A stretch of DNA of 46,022 nt from an uncultured archaeon (GTDB lineage: Archaea > Halobacteriota > Archaeoglobi > Archaeoglobales > Archaeoglobaceae), in contig CAZKQI010000001.1 in assembly GCA_964554855.1 (NCBI GenBank), forward strand, positions 1-46,022, given 5' to 3'. The notes beneath the pieces are model-generated. The model saw nothing but the letters and a program-made list of their open reading frames with translations, did no database searches and had not been told where the DNA came from. The position numbers were made by a program, and so were the translations under genes. The first letter of the stretch is position 1, and every line of letters starts with the position of its first letter. This document shows positions 1 through 9,574 of this stretch, piece after piece.

Positions 1-58
1 CTCAAATGTATCTTGCAATCAATATTTAAATACTTTGAATCACTCAATTTATGAGGAT

Positions 59-395
59 ATCAGACTATATTAGGATTGAAAGCTAAGATGGCAATGCTCA
101 GAATTCTGTTTCAATAATTTTTAGGAAGGTGATAAAGATGGTGGATGTAACTTGGGACATAATAAAAGCTGGAGTAACGATAGTATGTGGAACTTATGCT
201 TTAGGAATACTATTTTTAGCACTCATTGGAATTTCGGCAATCCTTTTTTCAGCAATGGCTGTAGGAATTGTAAAATTGGCAGAGGGGATAAAATATGTCA
301 TTAAGCGAGCTTCAAATAGAAAAAACGCTAAACAAAGGAAAGTCTAAGAGAAGATGTTTAGTCTGTAAGCACGATATAATCAGACTATCTTAGGA
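59..395. repeat. Imperfect 17-bp direct repeat ATCAGACTAT(A/C)TTAGGA at 59-75 and 379-395
   Basis: 16 of 17 positions identical; both copies are followed closely by AAGCT; they flank the 138..347 gene. Confidence 0.6.
138..347 (+). CDS. Small hypothetical membrane protein (long hydrophobic segment, basic tail)
   Basis: GGAAGGTGA Shine-Dalgarno precedes ATG at 138; about 40 hydrophobic residues, then KRASNRKNAKQRKV. Confidence 0.6.
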   Translation: MVDVTWDIIKAGVTIVCGTYALGILFLALIGISAILFSAMAVGIVKLAEGIKYVIKRASNRKNAKQRKV

Positions 396-504
396 AAGCT
401 GTTTCTTTAATAAACTCTTCAAAATCGACAACATTTCCTTCTTCAATATCTCTCAATCCTTTCTTTATAGATTCCATTAGCTCTTCATCAGACATTATTT
501 CAAG
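385..504 (-). pseudogene. C-terminal fragment of an archaeal RelB/Phd-like antitoxin
   Basis: LEIMSDEELMESIKKGLRDIEEGNVVDFEEF fits the antitoxin C-terminal pattern; the upstream part of ORF 385..714 does not look protein-like; no toxin gene is adjacent. Confidence 0.5.
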
Positions 505-761
505 GGGAAAAATTCGAAATATAACATAATGGCACATATCGATGTTGAACTCAAGAAAATTGAACTTGTTAAAAAATGGGGGTGATGTTCTATTGTGGAT
601 ATAAATTGGGATATAAACATCCATTTTCTTTGCATTGGTTAATGGAATATTGAAAGCAATTAGAGAAAGCAGATTATGATGAACATAACTCAGATTAAAC
701 ATAACATCTGACAATTTTGGAACATAAGAGATAAAAAATCAAAACAATTCATTTTTGAAAT

Positions 762-2021
762 ATGATAACACCTTGGGATGTTGAAGGAGTTGTGGATTAT
801 GAGAGGTTGATAAGAGAGTTCGGAATGAGACCATTTTCTGAACTTCTTGATGATATTCCAAATCCTCATCCCTTAATGCTTAGAGGTGTAATATTTGGAC
901 ATAGAGATTATGATAGGATAATCAATGCCATGAAGAGGGGTGAAGATTGGGCTGTCATGTCTGGATTCATGCCCTCAGGCTTACCCCATTTAGGTCACAA
1001 GATGACAATGGATGAAATAGTATGGCATCAGAAAATGGGTGGAAAAGCTTTTGTATGTATTGCTGACATGGAAGCTAGATTTATCAGAGGATTGAGCTTT
1101 GAGAAAACAAGGGAGTTGGGAGAACTTTACATCAGAAGTATAATTGCTTTGGGATTGAAGCCAGAGAACTGCCTGATATATTATCAGTCTGCAAGCAGAT
1201 ACGTTAAGGATTTGGCAATAGAACTTTCATCGGAAATAAATTTCAATGAGCTTAAGTCAATTTACGGATTTAAATCCGATATTTCTCTCATTAAAATGTT
1301 CATACCGATGATTCAGGCAGGTGACATTTTACATCCTCAATTGAAGGATTTTGGAGGTTTTAAACCCGTTGTTGTTCCAGTTGGGATAGATCAGGATCCT
1401 CATCTAAGACTTACGAGAGATTTGGCCAATAGAATAAGCATATACTCTTTTGAAAGAATTGAAGGTGGTGTGAGGGTTAGAAGCAGGAAAGGAAAGGAGT
1501 ATTTAGAATATTTGAAATCGATAGATTTCGATTTTAAGGCTTATGAAGAACATATAGACTTCTTCGGTGATCAAGAGGAGATTGAGAGAGAAGTTAGAGA
1601 GATTGAGATTGAGATTGGTGGATACGCCTTCATACCACCTTCATCAACATACCACAAGTTCACGACTGGATTGAGAGGAGGTAAGATGAGCTCATCAAAA
1701 CCAGAGAGTTACATATCTCTTTTCGATAAGCCTGAAGAAGGTGTAAGAAAGGTTATGAGGGCTTTGACTGGCGGTAGAGCTACTGTTGAAGAGCAAAAGA
1801 GGTTTGGAGGCGAACCCGATAGATGCGTTGTATTTGAACTCTACACTTATCACTTTGCCGATGACAAAATGCTTGAAGAGATTAGGAGAAGTTGTGAAGG
1901 AGGTAACTTGCTCTGCGGACACTGCAAGAAAAATTTGGCTGAAATTGTTAAAGATTTCTTAAAGGATTTTCAGGAAAAGGCAATGAGTGTCGATCTAAGT
2001 GATTATAAAATCTTAAAGTAG
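762..2021 (+). CDS. trpS: Tryptophanyl-tRNA synthetase
   Basis: ITPWDVEG N-terminus, HLGH and KMSSS class I motifs, PVGIDQDPH, C-terminal Cys cluster. Confidence 0.96.
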   Translation: MITPWDVEGVVDYERLIREFGMRPFSELLDDIPNPHPLMLRGVIFGHRDYDRIINAMKRGEDWAVMSGFMPSGLPHLGHKMTMDEIVWHQKMGGKAFVCIADMEARFIRGLSFEKTRELGELYIRSIIALGLKPENCLIYYQSASRYVKDLAIELSSEINFNELKSIYGFKSDISLIKMFIPMIQAGDILHPQLKDFGGFKPVVVPVGIDQDPHLRLTRDLANRISIYSFERIEGGVRVRSRKGKEYLEYLKSIDFDFKAYEEHIDFFGDQEEIEREVREIEIEIGGYAFIPPSSTYHKFTTGLRGGKMSSSKPESYISLFDKPEEGVRKVMRALTGGRATVEEQKRFGGEPDRCVVFELYTYHFADDKMLEEIRRSCEGGNLLCGHCKKNLAEIVKDFLKDFQEKAMSVDLSDYKILK

Positions 2022-2747
2022 TTTGTATTCCCTACAAATCTCCTCAAAGGTTCTCAACCCCCTCTCACATTTTCCATCCATTTCGTGCTTCAAAGCTTTA
2101 AAATAATTCCTCAAGAATTTCTCATCCATTCCAAATTTTTGAGATGCAGATCTTACAACTTCATCAAAATTCTCGTATCCCCATCTAAGAGATTTCATTA
2201 GTAATCTGTCGCATTCTTTAGCATCCCTTATCGATGCAGATATTCCGAAAACCATTGGATAACCCGTTAAATCCTTCCATTCCTCTCCCAAATCGAAAAC
2301 GACTTTAAACTTACCTAAAGCATTTAAAGCGGAATCTCCAATTACCAAAGCACTATCACAAAACTTTAAGATATCTTCTGCCTTTGAAAAATTTGTTTGA
2401 ACAATTTTGCATTTCAAATCCCTTTCGTAAACAATTATCCTCAAAAGATTTAAAGATGTCGTAGTTTCATACGTTACTCCAACATTATTTCCCAACTTAC
2501 CGTTTTTTGAAACAACGAGAACACTGTAAACCCTTCCATCCGAAGCCACACAGAATTTATACCTCTTCAATCTAAGCTTATTTCTGATATAGTGGAAGCT
2601 GGGTATAGGTGCATAATCTATTATCCCAGATTCAAGTAATGCAATCATATCTTTAGGATTTGTGCTTATTAAATTAGCCAGTTTCTCTTTCTCAATGTAA
2701 TAGTAGGGTAGATAATTGTTAATGTAATCGAATTTACCTATTCTCAT
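2013..2747 (-). CDS. mqnA: MqnA/MqnD-family protein, probably chorismate dehydratase (futalosine menaquinone pathway)
   Basis: RIGKFDYINNYLP, VASDGRVYSV, LVIGDSAL and DLGEEWKDLTGYPMVF; start moved to ATG 2747. Confidence 0.85.
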   Translation of the reverse strand: MRIGKFDYINNYLPYYYIEKEKLANLISTNPKDMIALLESGIIDYAPIPSFHYIRNKLRLKRYKFCVASDGRVYSVLVVSKNGKLGNNVGVTYETTTSLNLLRIIVYERDLKCKIVQTNFSKAEDILKFCDSALVIGDSALNALGKFKVVFDLGEEWKDLTGYPMVFGISASIRDAKECDRLLMKSLRWGYENFDEVVRSASQKFGMDEKFLRNYFKALKHEMDGKCERGLRTFEEICREYKLL

Positions 2748-2799
2748 TAAATTCCTAACTCTGAAAGTGATTTTATATCTTTTCAAAACTTCAAGTTGA

Positions 2800-3735
2800 A
2801 TGATTGGCATCTACTCAAATATGTACTATTTAACGAGATGGGTTCCTTTAAAAAGAAGGGGATTGGGTTGGCAGAAATGTAACGAAATTTATGAAAAGCA
2901 TAGATGTATTGCAAGCTGTGGATTAGCTTACGATAAAATTCTAGAGTTAGTTTTAGATATAAAGGGTTGTAATTTAAATTGCAAATATTGCTGGGGTTGG
3001 AAGATGAGATATTTGAGTGAAGATATTGTAAAGGATTCAAAAGAAGTTTTGAAGGATTTGGAGTGTAGATTTGATGTTGTTGAAAAAGATAGATTTGTTT
3101 TTAAAAAGGGTTACAGAGTTGGAATAATAAGAATTACTGGAAATGAGCCATCTCTTCAGTGGGATCATGTAAAGGAAGTATTAAGTCTAATAGATAGATC
3201 TGAGAAGCTTAAGAGATGTAAGGTTATAGTTGAGACAAATGGTGTTCTTTTCGGTAAATGTAAAGTTGATTACAAGGGATTGGAAAATCTTGAAATTGAG
3301 ATAGATATTGATGTATCCTTTAAAGGAGTAAATTACGATCAATTCGAATGGCTTTCAGGTGTTAAAAAGGATTATTTTAAATATCAGATAGAAGGTTTTG
3401 TCAAACTCTTCGATTTCTATGAGGGGACGAATATAAATGTCAATCCAGTTTTAGGAATAAATCATGCAGAAAACTACTGCGTTTGGAAGGGGGGAAAGAA
3501 GTATGTTATGGATGTTGAGATAATTGATGAGAGGGGAAATAAACTTGATTTCTACGATTATTCAGAAGATTTTGAGGAAGAAGTTCTATCGAGAAGAGAG
3601 CTAAGGTACGATGAGGCTCCCTTCAGAGAGTATTTTGGAATTAATAGAGAGAAAACAAGACTTGTAATTGCAGTGATTTATAAAGGGAAGAGGTTTTTAA
3701 GAGTTCTACCTTCCGAAATTCCAGATCTGGTATGA
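2800..3735 (+). CDS. Radical SAM protein of unknown function (COG5014-like)
   Basis: GCNLNCKYCW (CxxxCxxC), RITGNEP and IVETNG motifs. Confidence 0.8.
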   Translation: MIGIYSNMYYLTRWVPLKRRGLGWQKCNEIYEKHRCIASCGLAYDKILELVLDIKGCNLNCKYCWGWKMRYLSEDIVKDSKEVLKDLECRFDVVEKDRFVFKKGYRVGIIRITGNEPSLQWDHVKEVLSLIDRSEKLKRCKVIVETNGVLFGKCKVDYKGLENLEIEIDIDVSFKGVNYDQFEWLSGVKKDYFKYQIEGFVKLFDFYEGTNINVNPVLGINHAENYCVWKGGKKYVMDVEIIDERGNKLDFYDYSEDFEEEVLSRRELRYDEAPFREYFGINREKTRLVIAVIYKGKRFLRVLPSEIPDLV

Positions 3736-4871
3736 AATCACTACTCTTTGCAATATTCTCAGCAATGCTCGGATTGGGTGTTGTTGTTCCCCTATTACCA
3801 ATATATGCAAAATACTTGGGAGCATCAACTTTGATGATTGGTTTGATCTATTCAAGTTTCTCATTTGCAAGAACAACTTTTACACCAATTTTTGGAATAC
3901 TCTCAGATAGACTGGGAAGGAAGATTTTCATATTGATTGGACTATCAACATACACAATTGTTTCAATACTCTACATACTTGCTAGAAGTGCTGAGGATTT
4001 GGCATTTATAAGATTTATCCATGGAATTTGTTCTGCAATGGTTATTCCTTGTGCAATGGCTTATGCTGGGCATATGGCGAAGAGAGGTGAAGAAGGTAGA
4101 ACTATTTCAAATTTTAATCTATCATTCTTAACTGGTATTGGATTTGGGCCTTTTTTAGGTGGTTTAATAAAGGATTTGTTTGGTATAAAATTTGCATTCT
4201 TAATTATGGCATTACTAACAGCTTTATCATTTCTTACAGTCCTAATATATGTTCCAAATGTTAGAGATGGTGTAAGTATGAAATTTACAGCAATTTTCGA
4301 TAAAAAGATTCTTTCTCTAATGATCTTCCGATTTTCAACTGCCTTAAGAATATCAGTTCTAGTTGCATTCTTACCCATTCTCTTCTTAAATTTCAGCGGA
4401 ATTGAAATTGGTTCAATTGTATCGACAATGGTTCTATCGAATGCAATCTCACAAAAGATTTTTGCAAGAAAGGTTGATCTATCAGATAGAGTAAAATTGG
4501 CAACGTTTGGAGGTTTAATTGCCATAGCAATATTCCTATCAATTCCATTCATTAAAAATTTCTACATTGCTTTATCTCTAGCCTTAATTATGGGTATATT
4601 CAACGGGATTGCAACATGCTCAGTCGGAGCAATTGCAATTGATCTGGGTAGAATATATGGGCATGGTTCTGTCATGGGTTTTTACAATACGGCAATGGGA
4701 ATGGCCATGTTTCTATCACCAATTTTGGCTGGATACATTGCAGATAGAACAAATCTCATAAATGCATTTGAAGTTATAGGTATGATAAGTCTGGCATGCT
4801 TATTTATATTTAGCTTATTAATTCGTTTAGATGAAGTCAGAATTTGCAAAGATAAATCAAAGATTTGTTGA
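3732..4871 (+). CDS. MFS transporter
   Basis: About 12 hydrophobic segments; motif A GILSDRLGRK; ATGA overlap with the radical SAM gene. Confidence 0.92.
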   Translation: MKSLLFAIFSAMLGLGVVVPLLPIYAKYLGASTLMIGLIYSSFSFARTTFTPIFGILSDRLGRKIFILIGLSTYTIVSILYILARSAEDLAFIRFIHGICSAMVIPCAMAYAGHMAKRGEEGRTISNFNLSFLTGIGFGPFLGGLIKDLFGIKFAFLIMALLTALSFLTVLIYVPNVRDGVSMKFTAIFDKKILSLMIFRFSTALRISVLVAFLPILFLNFSGIEIGSIVSTMVLSNAISQKIFARKVDLSDRVKLATFGGLIAIAIFLSIPFIKNFYIALSLALIMGIFNGIATCSVGAIAIDLGRIYGHGSVMGFYNTAMGMAMFLSPILAGYIADRTNLINAFEVIGMISLACLFIFSLLIRLDEVRICKDKSKIC

Positions 4872-5748
4872 GAGATATGAAAAGATAGACGATTCTAAAG
4901 AGTTCTGGGAGTATATGGCAAAGCCTTTGAGATTCAGCTTTAGAGTTAATACTTTAAAGGCAAGTATTGATGATGTAATTGAAAGTTTAAGTGATAGATT
5001 TGAAATTGAAAAAATTCCTTGGTGTAAAGAAGGTTTTTTCTGTGATAGGGAAGTAGGTGATACTATAGAACATCAGATAGGTGTTATATTTTCACAGGAA
5101 GCATCTTCTATGATTCCAGCCATAGCACTAAATCCAAAACCCAATATGATAGTATTGGATATGTGTGCCTCACCGGGTGGCAAAACAACACAGATAGCAC
5201 AGTATATGCAAAATGAGGGATGCATAATAGCTAACGATGTTAAATATGACAGAATAAACATACTAATTTCAAACATTCAGAGATGTGGTGTAACCATTGC
5301 AAGAGTTACTATGAAGGATGGAAGATTTTTCAAGAGATTTAGAGAGACGTTTGATAGAGTTCTAATAGATGCTCCATGCAGTAATGTTGGAATGATCAGA
5401 AAAAACTATCGCTATTTGAAAATGTGGTCACTGAAAGAAGTTTATTCGCTTTCGAGATTACAGAAGGAGCTTGTTTTAGCTGGATACAAATCTTTAAAGC
5501 ATGGAGGAATTATGGTCTATTCAACATGTACACTCGATCCATTGGAAAATGAAGAGGTAATAGATTACCTCTTGAGTAATACAGATGCAAAGCTTGAAAG
5601 AATAGATTTGCCAGTCAACAGAACTGAACCCATAATTGAATTTGAAGGTAAGTCATACGATGATGAAGTTAAGAAGTGTTTGAGAATACATCCTCAAGAC
5701 AATAATACTGAAGGCTTTTTCATTGCTAAGATCTTAAAACCTAAATAA
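4831..5748 (+). CDS. NOL1/Nop2/Sun family RNA m5C methyltransferase
   Basis: DMCASPGGKT, DAPCS and YSTCT motifs (both catalytic Cys), RIHP, GFFIA. Confidence 0.93.
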   Translation: MKSEFAKINQRFVERYEKIDDSKEFWEYMAKPLRFSFRVNTLKASIDDVIESLSDRFEIEKIPWCKEGFFCDREVGDTIEHQIGVIFSQEASSMIPAIALNPKPNMIVLDMCASPGGKTTQIAQYMQNEGCIIANDVKYDRINILISNIQRCGVTIARVTMKDGRFFKRFRETFDRVLIDAPCSNVGMIRKNYRYLKMWSLKEVYSLSRLQKELVLAGYKSLKHGGIMVYSTCTLDPLENEEVIDYLLSNTDAKLERIDLPVNRTEPIIEFEGKSYDDEVKKCLRIHPQDNNTEGFFIAKILKPK

Positions 5749-6357
5749 ACTTAGAACTAAAATAGATGCAGATATTGTGAGGAGTAGCCAATCGATTGAA
5801 GTTGGTTTTCTTAGAATTTTTATCCTCTTATCTAAGTTAAAGCCTCTCGATTCCAAACTTTCGGCCATGGCAATTGCCCTGATAATAATTAAATTTGTCA
5901 ATCTCTTTAAAAGCTCAAGATAGCTAAATTTCTCAAATTTTCTTAGATCACTTAAATATTCAAGATCTTTTAAGACATTCTGAAGAAATCTGACAGATAT
6001 TGCAATGGCATAAGCAAATCTTGGAGGTAATTTGAAGTAAATTAGAGATGAGGACAACTCTTCAACATCAGAGTTGTGAAGGAATAGATAGAGAGAAAGA
6101 ATTGAAACGAATGTAGGAAATTTGGAAAAACCGCCAAAAAGTATGGAAAATAATAAATATGTTAAAATTAATGGTAGAAATTTTGTAAAGATTTTTATAA
6201 TTCTAATATTAAATATTAATGATAATATTAAAACTATTAAAGATGTCAAGAGCTTGAAGCTTAGAAGGGATGTGCTTAAGAATAGAAGTGAAACTAAAAC
6301 TGTTCTAGCTTCAAATCTTGATGATCTCATCGCAAAACTTGAGAATTTCATAATCAT
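5734..6357 (-). CDS. bioN: ECF transporter T component (BioN-like)
   Basis: Hydrophobic N-terminal half, AMAESLESRGF coupling motif, downstream of bioY and the ATPase. Confidence 0.8.
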   Translation of the reverse strand: MIMKFSSFAMRSSRFEARTVLVSLLFLSTSLLSFKLLTSLIVLILSLIFNIRIIKIFTKFLPLILTYLLFSILFGGFSKFPTFVSILSLYLFLHNSDVEELSSSLIYFKLPPRFAYAIAISVRFLQNVLKDLEYLSDLRKFEKFSYLELLKRLTNLIIIRAIAMAESLESRGFNLDKRIKILRKPTSIDWLLLTISASILVLSLFRF

Positions 6358-7318
6358 GAGTGGCTATTAAAGCTGTTTTCCCCAATCTTCTAATTAGGTT
6401 TAATATCTCGAATTTTTTCTCTACATCTAAGCCAGCAGTAGGCTCATCCAACAAAACTATATCTGCATTCAAAGCTCTCATTATAGCCTTCATCTTAGCC
6501 TGCCCAAAGCTTACATTCTCTTGAACATGGTAGTAAGGATTTGAAAAGCAGATTCCAATTCTACCCTTAATCTTAACTTCACCACACCAAGGTTTTAAGA
6601 TGCCAGCTATAATTTTCAGCAATGTAGTCTTTCCACAGCCGTTCATACCTACTATGGCAACTATTTCTCCCCTTCTAACCTCAAAACTCAAATCTTTAAA
6701 GAGTGGTTCATCGTAGCCAAAAGTAACATTCTCTACATTTAAAATAACTTCACCAAAATTCCCTTCTATAACATCAAAGCTAAAATTGGGTGGTTCTTTT
6801 ATCTTACCATCCTCAAGCCAAACAAAATCTTTACAGAACTCAATTCTGTTTTCCGCTATTATGAATTCGTATCTTTTGAGAAAGTTCAAGATAATCTTTA
6901 CTATAGTTGGATGTAGATTTGAAAAGGGTTCATCCAAAGCCAAGCAATCACCCCTTATTAAAGCAAGAACTATAGTCAAAAGTCTTTTTTCTCCATCTGA
7001 AAGTTCATCTGTTTTCTTATCTATATTAAGCCCAAATCTCTTTGCAATTCTAAAAGCCTTCTCAATATCAATTCCCGATTGCTCAGCCTGAATAAATATT
7101 TCTCCTCTCACAGAATTGAAAAGAATGTAATCTTCAGCATTTTGTGGAACATAGACAGCTTTTCCTTCAATTCTTCCTCTATCAGGCTTGAGAAGGTTTG
7201 AGGCGATCTTAAGTAGTGTTGTCTTTCCAGATCCATTGTATCCACATATAAACATCTTCTCCCCTTCCAAATTGATGCCCTTTAAAATATCTTTAAACCA
7301 GACATTCTCAAATTTCAT
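6311..7318 (-). CDS. bioM: ECF transporter ATPase with two fused ABC domains (BioM-like)
   Basis: Walker A motifs GYNGSGKT and GMNGCGKT; Walker B motifs LALDEP and VLLDEP. Confidence 0.85.
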   Translation of the reverse strand: MKFENVWFKDILKGINLEGEKMFICGYNGSGKTTLLKIASNLLKPDRGRIEGKAVYVPQNAEDYILFNSVRGEIFIQAEQSGIDIEKAFRIAKRFGLNIDKKTDELSDGEKRLLTIVLALIRGDCLALDEPFSNLHPTIVKIILNFLKRYEFIIAENRIEFCKDFVWLEDGKIKEPPNFSFDVIEGNFGEVILNVENVTFGYDEPLFKDLSFEVRRGEIVAIVGMNGCGKTTLLKIIAGILKPWCGEVKIKGRIGICFSNPYYHVQENVSFGQAKMKAIMRALNADIVLLDEPTAGLDVEKKFEILNLIRRLGKTALIATHDYEILKFCDEIIKI

Positions 7319-7899
7319 AATCTCCCCTCCAAAAATCTGTAAATTTTCTTAAAGACTAGAATTGCAAAGATATGATCCATGAAAATATCTTGAGGAATGA
7401 AAATCAGCACACTGGCAAAAAAAGTTGCCCAGAAAGGATTTAGATATAATCCAAAGCTATTAAAACACCACTGCGAATTTCCACTCACCCAAATCCAGAA
7501 AATGTAGAATCCCATTATATAGAGTGGAATTACTGCAATGAAACTTCCAATCCATAACAAAATCATTTCTTTCAAATCACCCTTCCTATAAATTCTTTCT
7601 CTAATCAATCCCATTAGAAATGAAGATACTGGAAACATCCATAGATATCCAGCGGTATATCCAAATAGAACACCAATTCCACCACCCCTTGCACTTGCAG
7701 GAAATCCTATTGCAATCATACCTAAGTAAATGAGCTGTGGCAAAAAGCCGTATCTACCCAGAATTAATCCAGAAAGAATTATAGCAAAGTTCTGGAATGT
7801 ATAGGGAATAAATCCAAGATAAAACTTGATCTGAGAAGTTATTGCAGTTAGAACTGCGAGGGCACAAGATAGGGTAAATCTCAAATACTTGTTAACCAT
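7315..7899 (-). CDS. bioY: Biotin transporter S component BioY
   Basis: IPYTFQNFAIILSGLILG, YLGMIAIGFP, GYTAGYL; BirA-type operator upstream. Confidence 0.92.
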   Translation of the reverse strand: MVNKYLRFTLSCALAVLTAITSQIKFYLGFIPYTFQNFAIILSGLILGRYGFLPQLIYLGMIAIGFPASARGGGIGVLFGYTAGYLWMFPVSSFLMGLIRERIYRKGDLKEMILLWIGSFIAVIPLYIMGFYIFWIWVSGNSQWCFNSFGLYLNPFWATFFASVLIFIPQDIFMDHIFAILVFKKIYRFLEGRL

Positions 7900-7919
7900 G
7901 AATATTATAAGGTTAACAA
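7889..7919. promoter_or_regulatory. BirA-type biotin repressor operator overlapping the bioY start codon
   Basis: TTGTTAACC (7889-7897) and GGTTAACAA (7911-7919) form a perfect inverted repeat, i.e. TGTTAAC-N15-GTTAACA, matching the known BirA consensus. Confidence 0.8.
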
Positions 7920-7935
7920 TTTTTAAAAATTGTTA
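7914..7935. promoter_or_regulatory. Perfect 22-bp palindrome TAACAATTTTTAAAAATTGTTA containing the probable bioY TATA box
   Basis: Palindrome read directly; TTTTTAAAAA lies 21-30 nt upstream of the bioY ATG. Confidence 0.55.
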
Positions 7936-7958
7936 TCGGAATCTAAATATACTTTTCA

Positions 7959-9539
7959 ATGCAGATTTCATTGAAAATGAAATGTATTGAAGATTTGGTT
8001 CAAAATGGTGAAAGAGAAAATATAGAGTTTAAGGAGTACTTGACAAATTATCATTTAAAGGAGAATAGGTTTCAGGAATTGGCTTGCCAGATGAACCACA
8101 GAATTATAATGGGAAAAGGTAGAGCTATATACGTCATAGGTGTTTCTGATGATGGTAAGTTGAAGGGAATTGATGAAGAGAAGTTCAATGAGACTGTTGA
8201 AGTTCTAAGGAAGATTGCTGATGAAATTTCTGCAAAGATAAAGTCTGTTGAAAGATTTAAAGTCAATTCAGGATATGTAGGAATTGTTGAGATTGTTAAA
8301 TCGAAGGCTAAGGAGCATATCATCGTTGGAACTGCAGGTCATGTTGATCATGGTAAAAGTACTCTTGTTGGATCCCTAATAACTGGAAAGCCAGACGATG
8401 GTGATGGTTTGACTAGAATATATCTCGATACTCTGAAGCATGAAATTGAAAGAGGTTTGAGTGCCGATTTGCATTTTGCCGTATTCGGTTTCAAAGATGG
8501 AAAACCTTTGAGAATGAAGAACCCTCTAAACAAGAGTGAAAGGGCATTCATCACAGAGAATGCTGACAAGCTTGTTTCGTTTGTTGATACAGTTGGACAT
8601 GAGCCTTGGCTAAGAACTACGATAAGGGGTTTGTTGGGACAGAAGATAGATTACGGTCTTTTGGTAATTGCAAGCAATGATGGGGTTATGAGAACTACAA
8701 GGGAACATTTAGGAATTTTATTGGCTATGGACTTGCCAGTAATAATTGCAATAACAAAGATAGATATGGTAAGTGAAAAGAGGGTTGATGAAGTTATTGG
8801 AGATGTTTCAAATCTCTTGAAAAAAGTTGGAAGAGTTCCTTACATTGTTAAGGATTTGGGAGATGTTAAGAAAGTTGCAAGAATGATGGGAAGAAGTTTG
8901 ATTGTACCAATTATAAAGACATCTGCCGTAACTCTTGAAGGTTACGATTTGCTTCAAGAATTGCTCTTAAGATTGCCAGTAAGAACATTTAAAGGAAAAG
9001 GATTCCTTATGTACATAGATAGAATATACAGGGTTACTGGAGTTGGAACTGTCGTTAGTGGTAGTGTCAAGAGGGGAGAAGTTGAAGAGGGGGAAGAGGT
9101 TTACATAGGGCCATTTAGAGACGGTAGCTTCAGAGTAGTTAAAGTTCAGAGTATAGAGATGCACTATTACAGAGTGGATAAGGCTGAGGCTGGAGATATA
9201 GTTGGTATAGCCATAAAAGGTGTGAGATACGATGAACTGAGAAGAGGAATGGTTTTAACAAAAGAAGAGGTCAAAGCAGTTAAAGAATTTGAAGCTGACG
9301 TTTACATATTTACCCATCCAACGAGAATAAAAAGAGGTTATGAGCCAGTAATACATATAGAAACAATATCGGAGACTGTAATATTCAAAGAGATGGAAAA
9401 GGAGTACATGAAGGCTGGAGATAGAGGTAGAGTTAGAATTGCTTTCAAATACAATCCTCAGTTCGTTTATGAGGGTCAGAAGTTCATATTTAGGGAGGGA
9501 AGAAGTAAGGGGATGGGTGAGATAATAAAGGTTTATTGA
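7959..9539 (+). CDS. Archaeal GTPBP1-family translational GTPase with N-terminal AlbA_2-like domain
   Basis: GERENIEFKE...IGVSDDG N-domain; GHVDHGKS, DTVGHE and TKID; EF-Tu-like domains II and III. Start may be 7977. Confidence 0.9.
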   Translation: MQISLKMKCIEDLVQNGERENIEFKEYLTNYHLKENRFQELACQMNHRIIMGKGRAIYVIGVSDDGKLKGIDEEKFNETVEVLRKIADEISAKIKSVERFKVNSGYVGIVEIVKSKAKEHIIVGTAGHVDHGKSTLVGSLITGKPDDGDGLTRIYLDTLKHEIERGLSADLHFAVFGFKDGKPLRMKNPLNKSERAFITENADKLVSFVDTVGHEPWLRTTIRGLLGQKIDYGLLVIASNDGVMRTTREHLGILLAMDLPVIIAITKIDMVSEKRVDEVIGDVSNLLKKVGRVPYIVKDLGDVKKVARMMGRSLIVPIIKTSAVTLEGYDLLQELLLRLPVRTFKGKGFLMYIDRIYRVTGVGTVVSGSVKRGEVEEGEEVYIGPFRDGSFRVVKVQSIEMHYYRVDKAEAGDIVGIAIKGVRYDELRRGMVLTKEEVKAVKEFEADVYIFTHPTRIKRGYEPVIHIETISETVIFKEMEKEYMKAGDRGRVRIAFKYNPQFVYEGQKFIFREGRSKGMGEIIKVY

Positions 9540-9574
9540 GAAATCTTATATTGCCTGAAGTTGCGATAAGCTGA

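Noticed and set aside
505-714. N-terminal part of the 109-aa ORF 385..714
   Set aside because: TTG start, atypical composition and no SD; only the last ~40 codons look protein-like.
7959-9539. SelB or EF-Tu assignment, or a Schlafen-type defence gene
   Set aside because: DTVGHE and the overall layout match the common euryarchaeal GTPBP1 family, in which the AlbA_2-like N-domain is known.
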